A stretch of 63,853 nt of DNA, filler included, from Octopus bimaculoides (Eukaryota), in assembly GCF_001194135.2 (NCBI RefSeq). It is 4 parts of 3 records of this genome, joined end to end, with 100 filler letters (N's around TTAATTAATTAA, not from the genome) between each part and the next. Parts side by side here need not be neighbours in the genome. Positions count along the whole stretch, not along the records: positions 23,863 to 52,032 come from NC_068981.1; 3 more parts are not named here. One strand, 5' to 3'. The notes below the pieces were generated by a model that was given only the letters and a program-made list of their open reading frames with translations, made no database searches and was not told the DNA's origin. Shown in pieces: positions 24,593-38,995 of this stretch. Position 1 is the stretch's first letter; each line of letters begins with the position of its first letter. A program made the position numbers and the translations under genes.

Positions 24593-25619
24593 GATTTTAT
24601 TATAAGTGAAATGTAAATATGTTATGCGTACAATTGTGGGTAGTTGGGTGTCCGTGTAAGGAGGTGTGCTATTGTTTAGATTTTGGTATTGGTCACTTGT
24701 TAAGGTACAAAATGAAATGTTTAGGTTGGCAGCAGTTGTATTTGTGAAATGTCATAAATAATTTTGTTATGACTGAATGGAAAAATGTTAATGAATGGCT
24801 GAATGGAATAAATGTGGTTGTTTTGGAATCTTTATAATGCTATGTAATATGTGGTTGGATGTTTATATTATAATATGTAACGACATTTTGAGTTTTTTTG
24901 TCTTTGTTCAGTTAGTGTTATTTCCTATTTGCTTCTATCTAGAATTCAAAGGAAATGACAACTATTCCATTGAAACTTTACTTTTGTGATCTGGATATCA
25001 ATGTTTTGAAACTGAATTATTTCAGAGAGATTCAGTTCTAAGTTGCTGAAGCAGAAATATCGTTAGAGCAAATATTCTGCTCGGTACCACAGATTTGGTA
25101 TTCCGTTTCTTCACCTTAACCATTTCTCTTAGTGGCTGACGATATGTGCATCTCCGATCATGAACAGAAGTAGCAAAGGATCATCATAGATATGTGTTAA
25201 GAAAGATTGTTCAGTGTTTGAATAAATGTAACAAAAGCAAAGTTGGACATTGCTCATACTTTCAAGGAGTAAGCACATACGAGATAACAGTTGCTACTGA
25301 AAGACAAAAATGTATTCATAAAACACGCTTACTCAAACACCCACTCGGTGGAGATCCAGATTATCTTTGCAGTTTCGGCTGGTTATTCTCAATATTGCTC
25401 CAATCTGGCCAGTCCCACGGTAAAACTAAGCTAAGAGCATTAGATTCCTTGGAAGAAAGCAGCGAATGTATACAAAAATAAGGACGGAAAATACGAACAA
25501 TGTTACACAAATGCAATAAAAATTAAAATAATAACAGGACGTACCAACAGATGTCTTTCAACTATATATATATATATGTATGTGTGTGTGCGTGTGTATA
25601 TATATATATATATATATAT

Positions 25620-25888
25620 ACTCTTTTACAATTTTACTTGTTTCAGTCATTTGACTGCGGCCATGCTGGAGCACCGCCCTTAGTCGAGGCAAATCGACCC
25701 AGAACTTATTCTTTGTAAGCCTAGTACTTATTCTATCGGTTTTTTTTTTGCCGAACCGCTAAGTTACGGGGACATAAACACACTACAATCGGTTGTCAAG
25801 CGATGTTGGGGGGGGGGCAAACACAGACACACAAACATGTACACACACATACATATACATACACATATATACGACGGGCTTCTTTCAG
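25620..25888 (-). mobile_element. SINE family I, 3' half (head lost in a gap)
   Basis: Near-identical to 16405-16700. Confidence 0.9.
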
Positions 25889-26293
25889 NNNNNNNNNNNN
25901 NNNNNNNNNNNNNNNNNNNNNNNNNNNNNNNNNNNNNNNNNNNNNNNNNNNNNNNNNNNNNNNNNNNNNNNNNNNNNNNNNNNNNNNNNNNNNNNNNNNN
26001 NNNNNNNNNNNNNNNNNNNNNNNNNNNNNNNNNNNNNNNNNNNNNNNNNNNNNNNNNNNNNNNNNNNNNNNNNNNNNNNNNNNNNNNNNNNNNNNNNNNN
26101 NNNNNTATATATATACATACATATGTTTATTATCCATACACAAGGCATGCATATACAGACAAAACAAGTATACTTACATACATACACAACTACATATACT
26201 CGAATATACACAAGTAGACAAAGTCATAAAATACGTCCATGAGCAAACACAAAAACATACAAGTATACGCATGCATACATACCCACATGGGAT

Positions 26294-26334
<41 letters not shown>

Positions 26335-26523
26335 ATAGGTGCATATATAAGCATACATACTCATAAAAATACACACACATATATATGTATAATTCTGTAG
26401 CTATACACACATACATACACATACACACAAATGCATACATATAAACACACATGCAGATAAAAAGATAGTCCTATTCTACTTAATAAGGCGTTTATTTTCG
26501 CAAAGAAGAGGACTAACTTATCA

Positions 26524-27110
26524 ATGAAGGAAATAAAAGATATACTTGAAACGAGGAAGATCATAATTCATCACCAAGGAAAATGTTGGACTAGAAAGCG
26601 CACACCAGATTGCTTTGATATACCAATGAGCGCACAAGAGTCAGCCGAAGTCACAGACTTAGTCAGGATTTATTTACTACACCTACTCCATGAAGAACAC
26701 CCGGAATTTGAAGGTGGTCTCTAGAGGGATGATGCTCTGCTTGTAGTTCGCAATGCCTCCAACCGTAAAATGGAAATATATCAGAAGAGATTACAGAACA
26801 TTTTTCAAAAGCCATGGACTTACCATCACCATCGAGCAGGATCACACTTCTGTGAACTTCTTTGATGCAACTTTTAACATCACTACTTCAGCTTACCACC
26901 ATACGATAAACCTAATAGCAATATTACTTATATACATGCGCAGAGCAATCATCATGCTAATATTCTTGATAACATACCTTATAACATAGAAAATAGAATT
27001 AACTCATTATCCTCAAATGAAGGCATTTTTAATAAGCATAAAGATTACTACAATCTGGCTCTTAGGAATGCTGGTTATAAACATCAAATTAAGTACAACA
27101 AATTTAACAA
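26524..27110 (+). pseudogene. Penelope-like retroelement RT core fragment (same lineage as 58212-60705, more diverged)
   Basis: FDIPMSAQESAEVTDLVRIYLL, GGL*RDDALL, VNFFDATFN, DKPNSNITYIHAQSNH and NRINSLSSNEGIFNKH..YNLALRNAGY are PLE RT and thumb motifs. Confidence 0.85.
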
Positions 27111-27334
27111 TGAATTTTCCAATCATGACAGCAGCTATATGGCTATGAATTTCAATAAACACACCACAAGTTGTAAATACCATTATGAATTGGAACACCC
27201 TGGCACACAACTTAACTATATGACATATTTGTAAAGATACCTCCACCATAAAAAAGACAAAAAAATTCTTGAATGAATTTCAAAATTGATGCCAACATCA
27301 TTTCTGCAATATTGATGGAATATTTTCCACATCA

Positions 27335-27790
27335 CACAAATGATGTAGCGCTCCCGGCGGTTTGGAGAGAGTAGATTTTGAATTTTTTAGTCGAACCCAA
27401 CAACCAATGCCTCTCATGCTGTCTATCTTTCTTGTTATGGACTTCTGGAGTGCTTCTACTTTAATAATGAGTTATTTCGTATGGGGGGACCACAGTAGGC
27501 AACAGCACTCAAGGTGGGGTCGGGCAAATGTAGAGTAGAGAAGGATGATGCTGTAGGCATAGTGACAACCACTATGAACATGTGGAATCGTAAGTAATCG
27601 ACCTGCGAGCTGCATTTTAAGTCAGAAGTATTTTTGTTAGTGAAGCTAACGCCATTCATTTCCTTATCACATAAACGCGGAACAATAGCCGAATAATAAA
27701 AAAAACTGCTCACTAGAAAGAACTCATAAGCAGCGTGTTTAACTCTGACAACTAGTGAGTTTTACTCCACTCATAGCCTCCGCCTTGATC
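27335..27790 (-). pseudogene. Highly degraded CR1/Jockey-like LINE RT C-terminal fragment
   Basis: Frameshifted reads KFKIYSLQ and RRERY resemble the CR1-type LKLYSLQRRRERY motif. Confidence 0.4.
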
Positions 27791-27854
27791 AATTGCCTGA
27801 GTATATATATATGTATGGATGGATGGATGTGTGTGTGTGTGTGTGTATGTGTGT

Positions 27855-27932
<78 letters not shown>

Positions 27933-28059
27933 CATCCCTCTGTATATGTAACACCGTCAAAAACCATCTGATGTGCTAACTACAAGATATGTGATCCAAA
28001 ATTGTTTAAGGTTTTCATTTGTTTATCACACTTCTTGTACAAGTACATCCTAATAGTCA

Positions 28060-28400
28060 GCCTTCATGAATTATTGGATATTCCCGTATTGCTTCACGCT
28101 GGTAGACTCTGCTTGACATTATCATAGAGTTAGAGATTTTGGAAATCAATATATCTGACATCTAATGATTCAAATATCACGGAGAGTTAGCTCTAACTGC
28201 TGCTGATAGGTCATTATCCTTTCTCAGAGATCTGTTTTTGACGTATCTTCTGTATCCAACAAAGTGTAATTAATACTATTGTCTTAATATACAAAGGTTT
28301 ACATTCGAAGGCAACACCACCAACCAATTAAATGGAATATGGTAGAACTGCATTTCTAGTATATTTCATCTGCTTAAAATATTTTTAACTATAACATTTA
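28060..28400 (-). pseudogene. Possible LINE AP-endonuclease remnant
   Basis: GYRRYVKNRSLRK...AAVRANSP resembles the APE GY...R..RKGGGV motif; many stops. Confidence 0.25.
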
Positions 28401-28676
28401 CTCACAATTTTGCTCTGTAATACCTAGTCACCGATTACACTTTTCTGGTTTCATTTATCAAATATCATCTGCTTCAACTTTCAAATGTTATAGATATGTA
28501 CACGGAATCTAATACTTTATTGCTTGTTACATGCATCTTGTGAGATAGAAATGGGTAGTAGCCGTGAGATTAATTGCTGATAATTCTACTGGACACAGCA
28601 GAAGTACCGTTTTCTTTCCAATTTACCGCTTTTCTCCCCGCACAAACAGAAAGGCAAACACGCACATACGGACAGA

Positions 28677-28736
<60 letters not shown>

Positions 28737-28783
28737 CATAGATAGATAGATAGATAGATANNNNNNNNNNATAGATACATACA

Positions 28784-28819
<36 letters not shown>

Positions 28820-29264
28820 CATATACGTATACATACATACATATATATACATATACACGAGCATATATATATACACATACATACTTACACACACTCACGA
28901 ACACACTCATATATGTATATACATGTATATACAAAACGCATATATACTTACATATATATTTTAATATTCCGTTAAGGCAAGATCAACAAGAAAATATTCC
29001 ATCCAGAAAGAGATAAATATCAACTAATGTACACTGCTAACAGATTCATACTATTAAAACATGAGATTAGATAGACTTAAAAACGTTTCCTGTGTATCCA
29101 AACAAATGCAAGCTCTAAGCACATGGCTTGTTCTATTTAAACAGGTTTTGACTTTCAAATAGAACAAAGCATACACTCAAAGTCTGAGAGACTGCTTGGA
29201 GACCTAAGCCACATTATAGGCCTGTCTAACCACGTAGATTAATACCAATACATACATACATAAT

Positions 29265-29307
<43 letters not shown>

Positions 29308-29440
29308 NNNNNNNNNNNNNNNNNNNNNNNNNNNNNNNNNNNNNNNNNNNNNNNNNNNNNNNNNNNNNNNNNNNNNNNNNNNNNNNNNNNNNNNNNNNNN
29401 NNNNNNNNNNNNNNNNNNNNNNNNNNNNNTATATATCACA

Positions 29441-29722
29441 CATGGCTTAGTTAGGGGAATTCAGCTCACTATCGAAAGGTCATGTGATCGATTCCTGACG
29501 GTGCATTGTGTACTTGAGCAATACACTTTATTCCAGGTTGCTCCAGTTCACTCACCTGGCAAAAACGAGTAGTCCTATTTCGAAGAGGTTAGTCATGTCA
29601 TTCCCTGTGTCACGCTGAATCTCCATGAGAACTACGTTAGCCACGTGCACGTTTATTGCACGACCAGGGTGTTCCACGGATTGGATCAACTGGGCCCCTC
29701 GACGTCTTAACCGACGGAATAC
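29441..29722 (+). mobile_element. tRNA-derived SINE family III
   Basis: TGGCTTAGTTAG head, GATCGATTCC B-box-like motif, GTGTACTTGAGCAATACACTT core, tail GTCTTAACCGACGGA. Confidence 0.7.
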
Positions 29723-30455
29723 TGTGTGTGTGTGTGTAAGAGAAAGGGCGTCTATGCCTGTGTATGTGTGTTCGTATATATGCAAGATATATTTACGTGT
29801 GTGTATATTGATATATGTAAGTATGTGTGTCTATATATGCAGGATATATTTAAAAGTTAATCGTATTTTGGTAGAATTATACCGATTATAAACACGGGGT
29901 ACTTCTAACATATTCGAATTGGTAATAACATTGCATTTTTAATTATCACTACTTAGCGCTTTCACCCGGTAATTTAATTACGATGAGACGTCGATTTGCG
30001 CTACCAGTCGAATTATTTTGACGGGAAGAACATAAGAGAGATTGTCTCTCTTATCCTCTCGTATCGCCGCCATCCGATTTCTGTGACTGAAGATGAGGTA
30101 ACCACTCCGAGATACTTGCATCTCAAAGTCAAGATAGGTGGATTTGCGTGCTAATATGGATGTGTTTACACCATATGTCTACAGGGAGATATTTTCTCCA
30201 TGACAAAACACAGTGAATACCTTGTTTTCAAGTCTGAACGGGCTTTTAGAGTATTCGAACTGGTAATGACATTACTTGTTATTATCTAAATATTCACAAA
30301 GCTGTTGTTATCCACGTAAATTTTTTCATGTTATTATCAGCCTGCAATAATCTCGCCGTCAATACCCCTCATCTATACATTATTATACAGTTTTGTATCT
30401 ATCTATCTATCTAGGCATCTATCTCCCTATCTCTTTCTCTCTCTATCTCTCTCTT

Positions 30456-30504
<49 letters not shown>

Positions 30505-31087
30505 TTTAAATCCAAAAAATAACAACAAAACTACAATTTATTCTTTCACCGCAACCACTAGCTGGAATACACAGGTGCTTACAATTGTCAAGTATTACCT
30601 CTAAATTTCAATTTACCTATATATATATATNNNNNNNNNNNNNNNNNNNNNNNNNNNNNNNNNNNNNNNNNNNNNNNNNNNNNNNNNNNNNNNNNNNNNN
30701 NNNNNNNNNNNNNNNNNNNNNNNNNNNNNNNNNNNNNNNNNNNNNNNNNNNNNNNNNNNNNNNNNNNNNNNNNNNNNNNNNNNNNNNNNNNNNNNNNNNN
30801 NNNNNNNNNNNNNNNNNNNNNNNNNNNNNNNNNNNNNNNNNNNNNNNNNNNNNNNNNNNNNNNNNNNNNNNNNNNNNNNNNNNNNNNNNNNNNNNNNNNN
30901 NNNNNNNNNNNNNNNNNNNNNNNNNNNNNNNNNNNNNNNNNNNNNNNNNNNNNNNNNNNNNNNNNNNNNNNNNNNNNNNNNNNNNNNNNNNNNNNNNNNN
31001 NNNNNNNNNNNNNNNNNNNNNNNNNNNNNNNNNNNNNNNNNNNNNNNNNNNNNNNNNNNNNNNNNNNNNNNNNNNNNNNNNNNNNNN

Positions 31088-31137
<50 letters not shown>

Positions 31138-32002
31138 GTGTGTGAGTGTGTGTATATGTGTGTGAGTGTGTGTGTGATTGTGTGTGCGTGTGTATGTATA
31201 TTCACTCATTTCATTGTGTTCGCGCTATAGCAAGGGATAGAATTGTCTCGCCAAGTGAAAGGAATAAAACATATATTTATGCACTTATTGAATTAAATTT
31301 CCCATACTTCATATATGATGTATATATATATTAAGCATACATACAAATATATGCATGCATACTGACACTAACACATATACTTGCAAACACACACAGACAT
31401 ACGCAAATGCAGTGACATGAATGCAGACAAAGGTACGCATACAGGCGCTATGAAAACGATGTTAACTGAGTCTTCAACTTTCGTCTGTTTGGAGGTTTGT
31501 TCAAATAGTGAGTTAGAATAAATAGCATTTGTTATTCATACATGAAACACTCTGAAAAATGTACAGAGGTGAGGTGGAAAACAGACTTTTGTGTGATGGG
31601 TTCGGAGCTTATAACATTTTTGCCTGCATTCAAATGGTGCTAGTAGTTGGAATCTCAGTTTTTTGAAGTTCAAAGGACTTTAAATTGATGTACATCGGGG
31701 GATGGTAGCTTCTATAAATAAATTGTGGTCGGACAGTTAATTTGTTTCGGATAATATGGCACAGTATCGATATAGGTGGATAATACTACCAATAATAATA
31801 ATCTCTAGATAATGGTTAAGGAAAGATAAAAGGAAGAGTTAGACAGCATTTTTGAAAAGGGTGTGTCAAGCAGAAGTGTATAGATATAGTTCATGTATGC
31901 TTATGTATGTCTCTTCATCGAGATATGTGTGTGTGTTGGGGAAAATGGTTCGATGGAAACCGCAGTTTGGTAACATTCGATAGACACTTTAATACGGGTA
32001 AG

Positions 32003-32036
<34 letters not shown>

Positions 32037-32319
32037 ATGTATGTATGCGTATAAGTACATATTTAAATATCTATATATGTATATATACATTTATATACAC
32101 ACACACACATACACATATATACATACACATATATGCATATACACATATATACACACTACACCACATATATATATATATATATATATGCGCCACACACACA
32201 CATACACACACACACACTCACACACACACTCACACACAACCGCACACGCACACTCATATACATGTATATATTGATGAATATATATTGATGTATAGAGGCT
32301 CAAATTTGACTTAGAAATA

Positions 32320-32660
32320 AGACGTTAGCTTCCCGACCGTACGGTATATTGTTCAGGCTTTATATGCAGCATCTTAGGCAAGTATATTCCCCTGGGGTAC
32401 CAGACGGCTGAAACATTTTTGAGTCGATTTCGTTGAGGAAAACTGAAAGAATCAAAAATGCCCGTCCTATATATACATGTATGCCTGTGCGCGTATATAT
32501 GTGACCTTTTTTTGTGTTCCGGTTTGTCCTCATCTACCGATTGATAACCAGTGCTGGATTGCTTACATCCCCTTAACATAATATTAACAATAAGTATCAG
32601 ACTTTGAAGCAATTAAGTACGGGGATCGATTTCTTCCATCGGAATTTTGAAGGTCAAGAT
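32320..32660 (+). mobile_element. Old degenerate family I-like SINE
   Basis: GGAAAACTGAAAGAA..GCCCGTC.TATATATA head-end motif and GATAACCAGTGCTGG..TTTACATCCCC-like tail. Confidence 0.45.
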
Positions 32661-32724
32661 CTAGCCTCACGAAGGTCGAATCCTTGAAAGTAGTAAAAGA
32701 AAACACGTAATATATTTATCCTTG

Positions 32725-32764
<40 letters not shown>

Positions 32765-33378
32765 NNNNNNNNNNTATACATTTATACATACATACATACA
32801 TACATACATACATACATACATACATACATACATACATACTGTTGACGTCATAAGAATTCATAAATTTTCGAGCGAGCTTCAATAATTCCCTTTTAAAATT
32901 TCAACACACGAGGCACATCACATAAACCTATAAACAGTGCCATGTAAATATATCGTTGTAAAAAATCTTTTTGATCCTAAAGGTCAAAGGCTGCTCGTGT
33001 AAAATGAACACACATCTTCTATAGACTTGACAGTGGAAGAAAGCAATTATTCGAACTTGTTTCTATACAGTTTTGTAATCTTATTCATACCAGCAAGTGC
33101 TGTATGCAGTCCATGTCATCAGAACTCGCAATCTTTTGCGAGAACTTGATATAATTCTTGTTTGGAATATTGGCTCTGAAGAGAGACAGAGAGAGGGACA
33201 GAAATAGGTAGGTAGATAGATAAATAGATAGATAGATAGATAGATAGATAGAGAGATAGAGAGATAGAGAGATAGATAGATATATGCATACATACACACA
33301 TACATACAGACAAATATATAGACATGCGCATGCGCGTGTGTATATATATATATACATATATATGTGTGTATATATGTG

Positions 33379-33431
<53 letters not shown>

Positions 33432-34584
33432 ATGTACATATAGACCGATATCTAATTCCTTGACAATTTAAATATCAAACTATATATTACATTGTTTCTC
33501 TTACTCACCGTTTCTCCTTTCTCTTGCTCTCGGTTTCTCTTCCTTTCGCTCTCTGTCTTTCTATGAACGTATGTGTGACTGCATTTGTGTATATACTCGC
33601 ACACGCACGAACTATAAACTTTCACATATGCACAAACTTATAATGAGTGGTCTCTACATATATTTTGGCTGATGTTGGCTCACAAGAAGAATCATATCTG
33701 AAAGCCAAAAATACCATGGTAATTATAGCCAAGACAGTGTGCTGACACCGATAGTTTCATTTCAAGGCGTCATTTACTTTTTACCTTTCTTTTTATATCT
33801 TGTATATTAGTCTGCTTATTCAGCAATTCAATAAAAATAACATTTTTATCGCTATCAAAATTTTATTAAATTTAATCACCGCACCTATTATGCTAAGTAA
33901 ATTCTTTTGGCCTTGTTTTATATATACTTTTTATTAGTCCTTTCACTCTTCAGAATATTGACTGTTGTATTATGTTGTTGTTTTCATTTTAGCTACTTTA
34001 TTGCATCGATTACAAAATGAATTATATTAGAGACCTATAATTAAATTATGAGGCCGTGCCAGTGACAAACTTCAACAACTGGCAAACATCAACAATATTA
34101 TAGTCTTCAATATCAACTGAATTAACCGTTATGAATGTTCATGACTTGTTCAACAACGCCAGTAAGAAACATATTGAATCGCTAAGAAAAGATTTTGGAA
34201 ACACATCACATATGTATTAATATTTCAAACTGTTGTTTACACACTAAATTCTGTAATATTTCCTAAATAACCACAATGTTGTGGCTACATTTTGTGTTCA
34301 GTTTATGTCCTTGTGAGGATTATGCTGGCGTTGTTTATTGGCATATACGTTACGCATCGCAGTAAAACATTATATGGTTATTTAAATTCAAAGTGCTCTC
34401 AGTGATATATTTATACTAAATTCGATAGACTGCCTTTTAAGTACTTATACCTTACATGAAATTTGATTTAATGAAAGCCCGGGAATGATGTGGGAATCGC
34501 AACAGTTATAGGAACATTAACTTCAATAACAATGAAAAATGCACATGTAAGAAATGAATATTGCAACACATGCAAACACTAATA

Positions 34585-34980
34585 ATATTGGCTTTAAATT
34601 TTGACACAATGCTATCAGTTTCGTGGGAAGGATATTAGCCGATAATATCGACCCCAGTATTTGAATGGTACCTATTTCCTCGACACCAAAAGGATGAAAG
34701 GCAGTGACCGCGGCAAATTTGAACGCATAATGGACGGATGAAATGCGGCTGAGTATCTTGCCCGGCGCGTTAACGATTCTGAAAGACTTCTCGTTTTAGA
34801 AACACTAGCTTTATTGGTTCCAATGTTTGGCACAAGGCCAACAGAGTAGGAGGATTAAGTTAATTACATTGACACATGTATACAAGCGGTACCTATTTTA
34901 TTGAAGAAAGACGGTCGAAATGCCGCTAAGCATTTTTTCCGGTGCGCTAACGATTCTACCACTTCACCAACTTTGAAGCA
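34585..34980 (-). mobile_element. Two adjacent degenerate SINE family II copies
   Basis: AAAGGATGAAAGGCA..GACCGCGGC..ATTTGAAC core at ~34690-34715; GAAATGCCGCTAAGCATTTT..CCGG.GCGCTAACGATTCT at ~34917-34960. Confidence 0.7.
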
Positions 34981-35399
34981 CTAATAATATTAAGGACAAT
35001 AAATTTCATCGTAGTTGTCGAACCTCATTTTGGTATTATGTTTCCACAATAAAGTACACCACGTGTTGTATCATAAAGACAAATTTCAAGACTAAATTAA
35101 ATTATAGTAATTACCAATAGGAAGTATAACGAATGATTGACCTAGACATTTAAAATGTTAGGGAAACAAAAGAACAGAAAACAGATTATTACAAATTAAA
35201 CTGAATGTTATTCCGTCGAGCATGCTATGTTGCGAGATTAATCAAAAACGGTTTGATAAGGTAACCAATGAATATGCGTTTTAGCGGTCGCTAAACTCAC
35301 ACGTAATCAAAGCATAATATTAAGAAATGAAACGATACATTGACCAATAAAGTCATATTTATTAAGATATGGAAATGATGGGCAGAGGTAGAATATTTC

Positions 35400-36200
35400 C
35401 TTGTGCCTGTGTTCTATACAGAACAGTAACGAACTGTGAATCAAAAACATATGGCTCATATCAAGTCAAAGTAAAACACACAACTCTTTGTCGTATACCG
35501 CATGCCGATCTTCACTGGACGATACTTCAACTTCAATTCCCATCATCCATACGGTGTAAAAAGAGGGATTGCTCAGTGCCTAAAACATCCAGCAAATAAT
35601 ATAATCGTGATACCCACCACGAAGAAATGATTAAGCAACAACTACCCCCAAAATATACTATCCACTCCAATTATGAAGAAAAGAGAGGATGAAACCAATA
35701 AGTTGTCCACAGTCTGTGTACCCTATGTGAAAAACCTCTCCGAAAAGACACAAAAGATATGGAGATCACCTCCCCCTGAAGGATGAAGTTAAAATAATAG
35801 ACAGAGAACACCACTGGAAAATACGAAAACTAAAAGAAGCAGCATATATGCTAGGGCATAACAGCCTCCTAAGTAGACCGAGTGCAGACATGAATGGCAT
35901 ATGGCAAACGGTATTAAGAAAGGATAAGAAAATTTATAAAGCTCTAAAATTCACGCCATAATAGCCCACATGCATATGGCGTAATGGTTAACATGCGGGC
36001 TACTAACCCTAAGATAACGAGTCCGATTCCAGGCAGTGACTTGAATAATAATAATAATATCATCGAAAAATACCTTAGGAGTGAGAACACAGGTTCGAAA
36101 TTTCCCCAAGACACATGATTCATGCTGGTGGTTATGTCAGTGTAAACAACAAACACAGTAAGGGCAAATGTCCGTCAAATGTAAATAAAATAAATAATGT
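35400..36200 (+). mobile_element. Internally deleted Penelope/Poseidon-type retroelement (RT thumb, GIY-YIG C-terminus, 3' pseudo-LTR)
   Basis: YRMPIFTGRYFNFNSHHPYGVKRGIAQCL (thumb YRKPTxTGRYLxFxSHHP), VCVPYVKNLSEK (linker), then VKIIDREHHWKIRKLKEAAYM..LLSRP (EN C-terminus). Confidence 0.8.
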
Positions 36201-37042
36201 AATATCGAATTGTAAGATTAAAAAACCTATCATTATGAGGTAAAAATTAAATGAAAGTATATAGGTATTTAATCTGCAATTTTTATTGCTTCGTTAGCAA
36301 ACAATTCAACTATTAAAATCCTGTGGTTTGGCAATAGCAAATAATTCCGATTCCGATGTTGTTTACACAAAATCGTGAATGTATGCAGACTTCTACTAAA
36401 TATCTAAAATGAAAATAATGAAATGACATTTTATTTCTCTACTGAAACTGCTATTGTATAGTTACTAGTTTTCAAGTCTGTTACAACAATCTCTAGGTAA
36501 GAATACTGTAACACATATTATCTTACTTAAACTTTTGTGCCAAACACTGTCCATTACAAGAAGTTGCTTCTAATAAACATAATTTTACATAAAGCCGTGA
36601 TACAAGAAGGTAATCTATATTCATTAATATACAAGAAAATGATTCCTTACTGTTTGGGAAACTCAACAGATTAAACAAAACAGCTTACTTTACTCTTTCT
36701 CCAAATAACTTCTGTAAATAGTGACTGCTTCGAGTTCATTAAATATATCGAAATATGTTTTAATTTTTTCTTGCAAGTTATAATTTTATATTCAGGGTAA
36801 GACTATTTATTTTCCCTAATGAATATATCGGATTGGAATTGTGAAAGAGGAGCAGAACTTCAGGCTTTTTTATGAATTCAGTTGTCGTCTTCCGAGGCAG
36901 CAAAAGATTTATCCAATTTAAAACACACTAAAACTTACTTCTTTCAAGAAATCACAATTACTCTGGATGTGTGAAGTATGTATAAGTTACGACGTCCATT
37001 TGCTACAGAGCAGAGCAATCTTAACACCTCGTATAAATATAG

Positions 37043-37218
37043 TCTTTTATTCTTTTGTTTGTTTCAATCATTTAACTGCGGTCATGCTGGGACGACGCCT
37101 TTAGTCGAACAAATCTATCCCAGGACTCATTCTTTGTAAGCCTAGTACTTACTCTATCGGAATCTTTAGCCGAACCGCTATGTTGCGGGGACGTAAACAC
37201 AGCATCAGCTGTCAAGCT
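37043..37218 (-). mobile_element. SINE family I 3' part
   Basis: TTTGTTTCAATCATTTAACTGCGGTCATGCTGG...GCCGAACCGCTA.GTT.CGGGGACGTAAACAC. Confidence 0.85.
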
Positions 37219-37536
37219 ATTGTTTTAATCAAAGAAGGTTTTAATCAAAGAAATGTTAATTCTATTGTTCTGTAAAATAATATTTAATTAGTTTAATGTA
37301 TACAAATGCATAAAAATTATTTTAAATTCCAGTAGACATCCTAAAATACTATTAAATATCATTCAATTTTACAAAAAATGTAAAATCGGACAGAACTTGT
37401 GGGATGACCTGATACTTTGTAGCATCGCATTATACATGCAATCTGCTGGACATATTACAGTTGAAGACTTTATTAAAATGTGTTACTAGTATCTTTAAAG
37501 AGACCATTCAGGAAATAGAAATACTATGTATATAAA

Positions 37537-37753
37537 TACTCTTTTCTACTCTAGGCACAAGAACTCAAATTTTGGGGGAGAGGCCAATCGATTACATCGA
37601 CCCCAGTACGTTCCTGATATTAATTAACCGACCCCCGAAAGGATGAAAGGCCAAGTCAACCCCGGCTGAATTTGAACTCAGAACGTAAAGACAAACGAAG
37701 CACAGCTAAGTATTTCGCCCGGCACCGCTAACATTTCTGCCAGCTCGCTGCCT
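37537..37753 (-). mobile_element. SINE family II with TACTATGTAT direct repeats
   Basis: Reverse complement of the 14864 copy; TACTATGTAT at 37522-37531 and 37754-37763. Confidence 0.85.
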
Positions 37754-38928
37754 TACTATGTATGTGTATAGATATTGATAAGGCGTTCTTACAGATTTTT
37801 TTCTTAACTTCCAAGATTTTAAACAAGTCTGTGAGATGTCATATACACATGGGTATTTAGCCTGGGGTATTCCTGCTGCCGCCTACAGTTGCTTCCAGAT
37901 TAAGACGGAAAGAGAGTTTCTTGAGGAGAGGGTGAATATTCCTTTTAAGGAGAGAGGACCGTTCCATGGATTATTTGTTTTTAAATTATCATTATCGTTA
38001 TTACTTCGAGAGTTCTTTTTCCTATGAGAGATAGAGTATATGTAATAATATTTCGTATAATCCAGTTTATTTCTCTTTTTACGTTTCTAAGTATATGTAG
38101 ATATCTCCAATTTGCCATTCTTATGGGCTCTTCAGTACGACATAATCTTAAATCATGAAATTAGTTTGTATTTATCCGTTTAAAACCCTTGGGAATTATA
38201 TACCACCCACTTTTTTCTCCTTTTTTCCTTTTTTCTTTCTCACTCTCTTAATGGTGGAGAAATAAGTGAAGAGATATAGGCTGGGAAATGAAAGCCACAC
38301 AGTCATTCAAAATCAAGATTAACACTATTTAAATACGATCGATATTTTCTATTTTCTTTACTTTTAATATTATTTTTAATCTTGAATATTCTCGTTAACT
38401 TTGAATACACTATTGGCATATTCTCTTCAACTTATGTAAAGTTTCATGATGGCAGCAGCGATATTTCACTTGGAATTTAGTTGGAATTTGGTGTCTATAC
38501 ATTTATGGAACGGCGTTGCTGCGCTATAGAGTTTCCAAATAGAATTTTGCAAGCTAGTACGTGTCATCCCAATGCAAAGTGGTGCTCTTGTAAAGAAGTA
38601 TTCCAAAGAGGTTGCATGTAGCAGTTAATCTATGTTGGTCTTTATATTTGTGTCATGCAGTATAACTACATATCGTCCATCTATGTAAGGCATCGCTTTA
38701 TGGTTATTTACTAAATTTGATATATGTATGATTCCGTTCATGCTTAATTTTAAGATTAGCTATTCAAAGTGTAAGACCATATTTTGTAAGGATTGTGTCG
38801 TCGTGGCTAGTATTGATTAACTCGTTTTCAATCAATACAACAAAAGCATGTATCAAGCTTTTGTGCATGTTAGAAGTTCGAGCGACAAAATTAATAACTC
38901 CCACTTATGAGATTTAATATTTCACAGT

Positions 38929-38995
38929 CATGGTGTATAACTAAGTTTATACATGGTGTATAACTAAGTTTATACATGGTGTATAACTAAGTTTA
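38929..38995. repeat. 23-bp tandem repeat, about 3 copies (CATGGTGTATAACTAAGTTTATA)
   Basis: Seen directly. Confidence 0.95.

Noticed and set aside
29552-29785. Protein-like minus ORF ending at a CAG|GTGAG donor
   Set aside because: Lies wholly within the antisense of a family III SINE.
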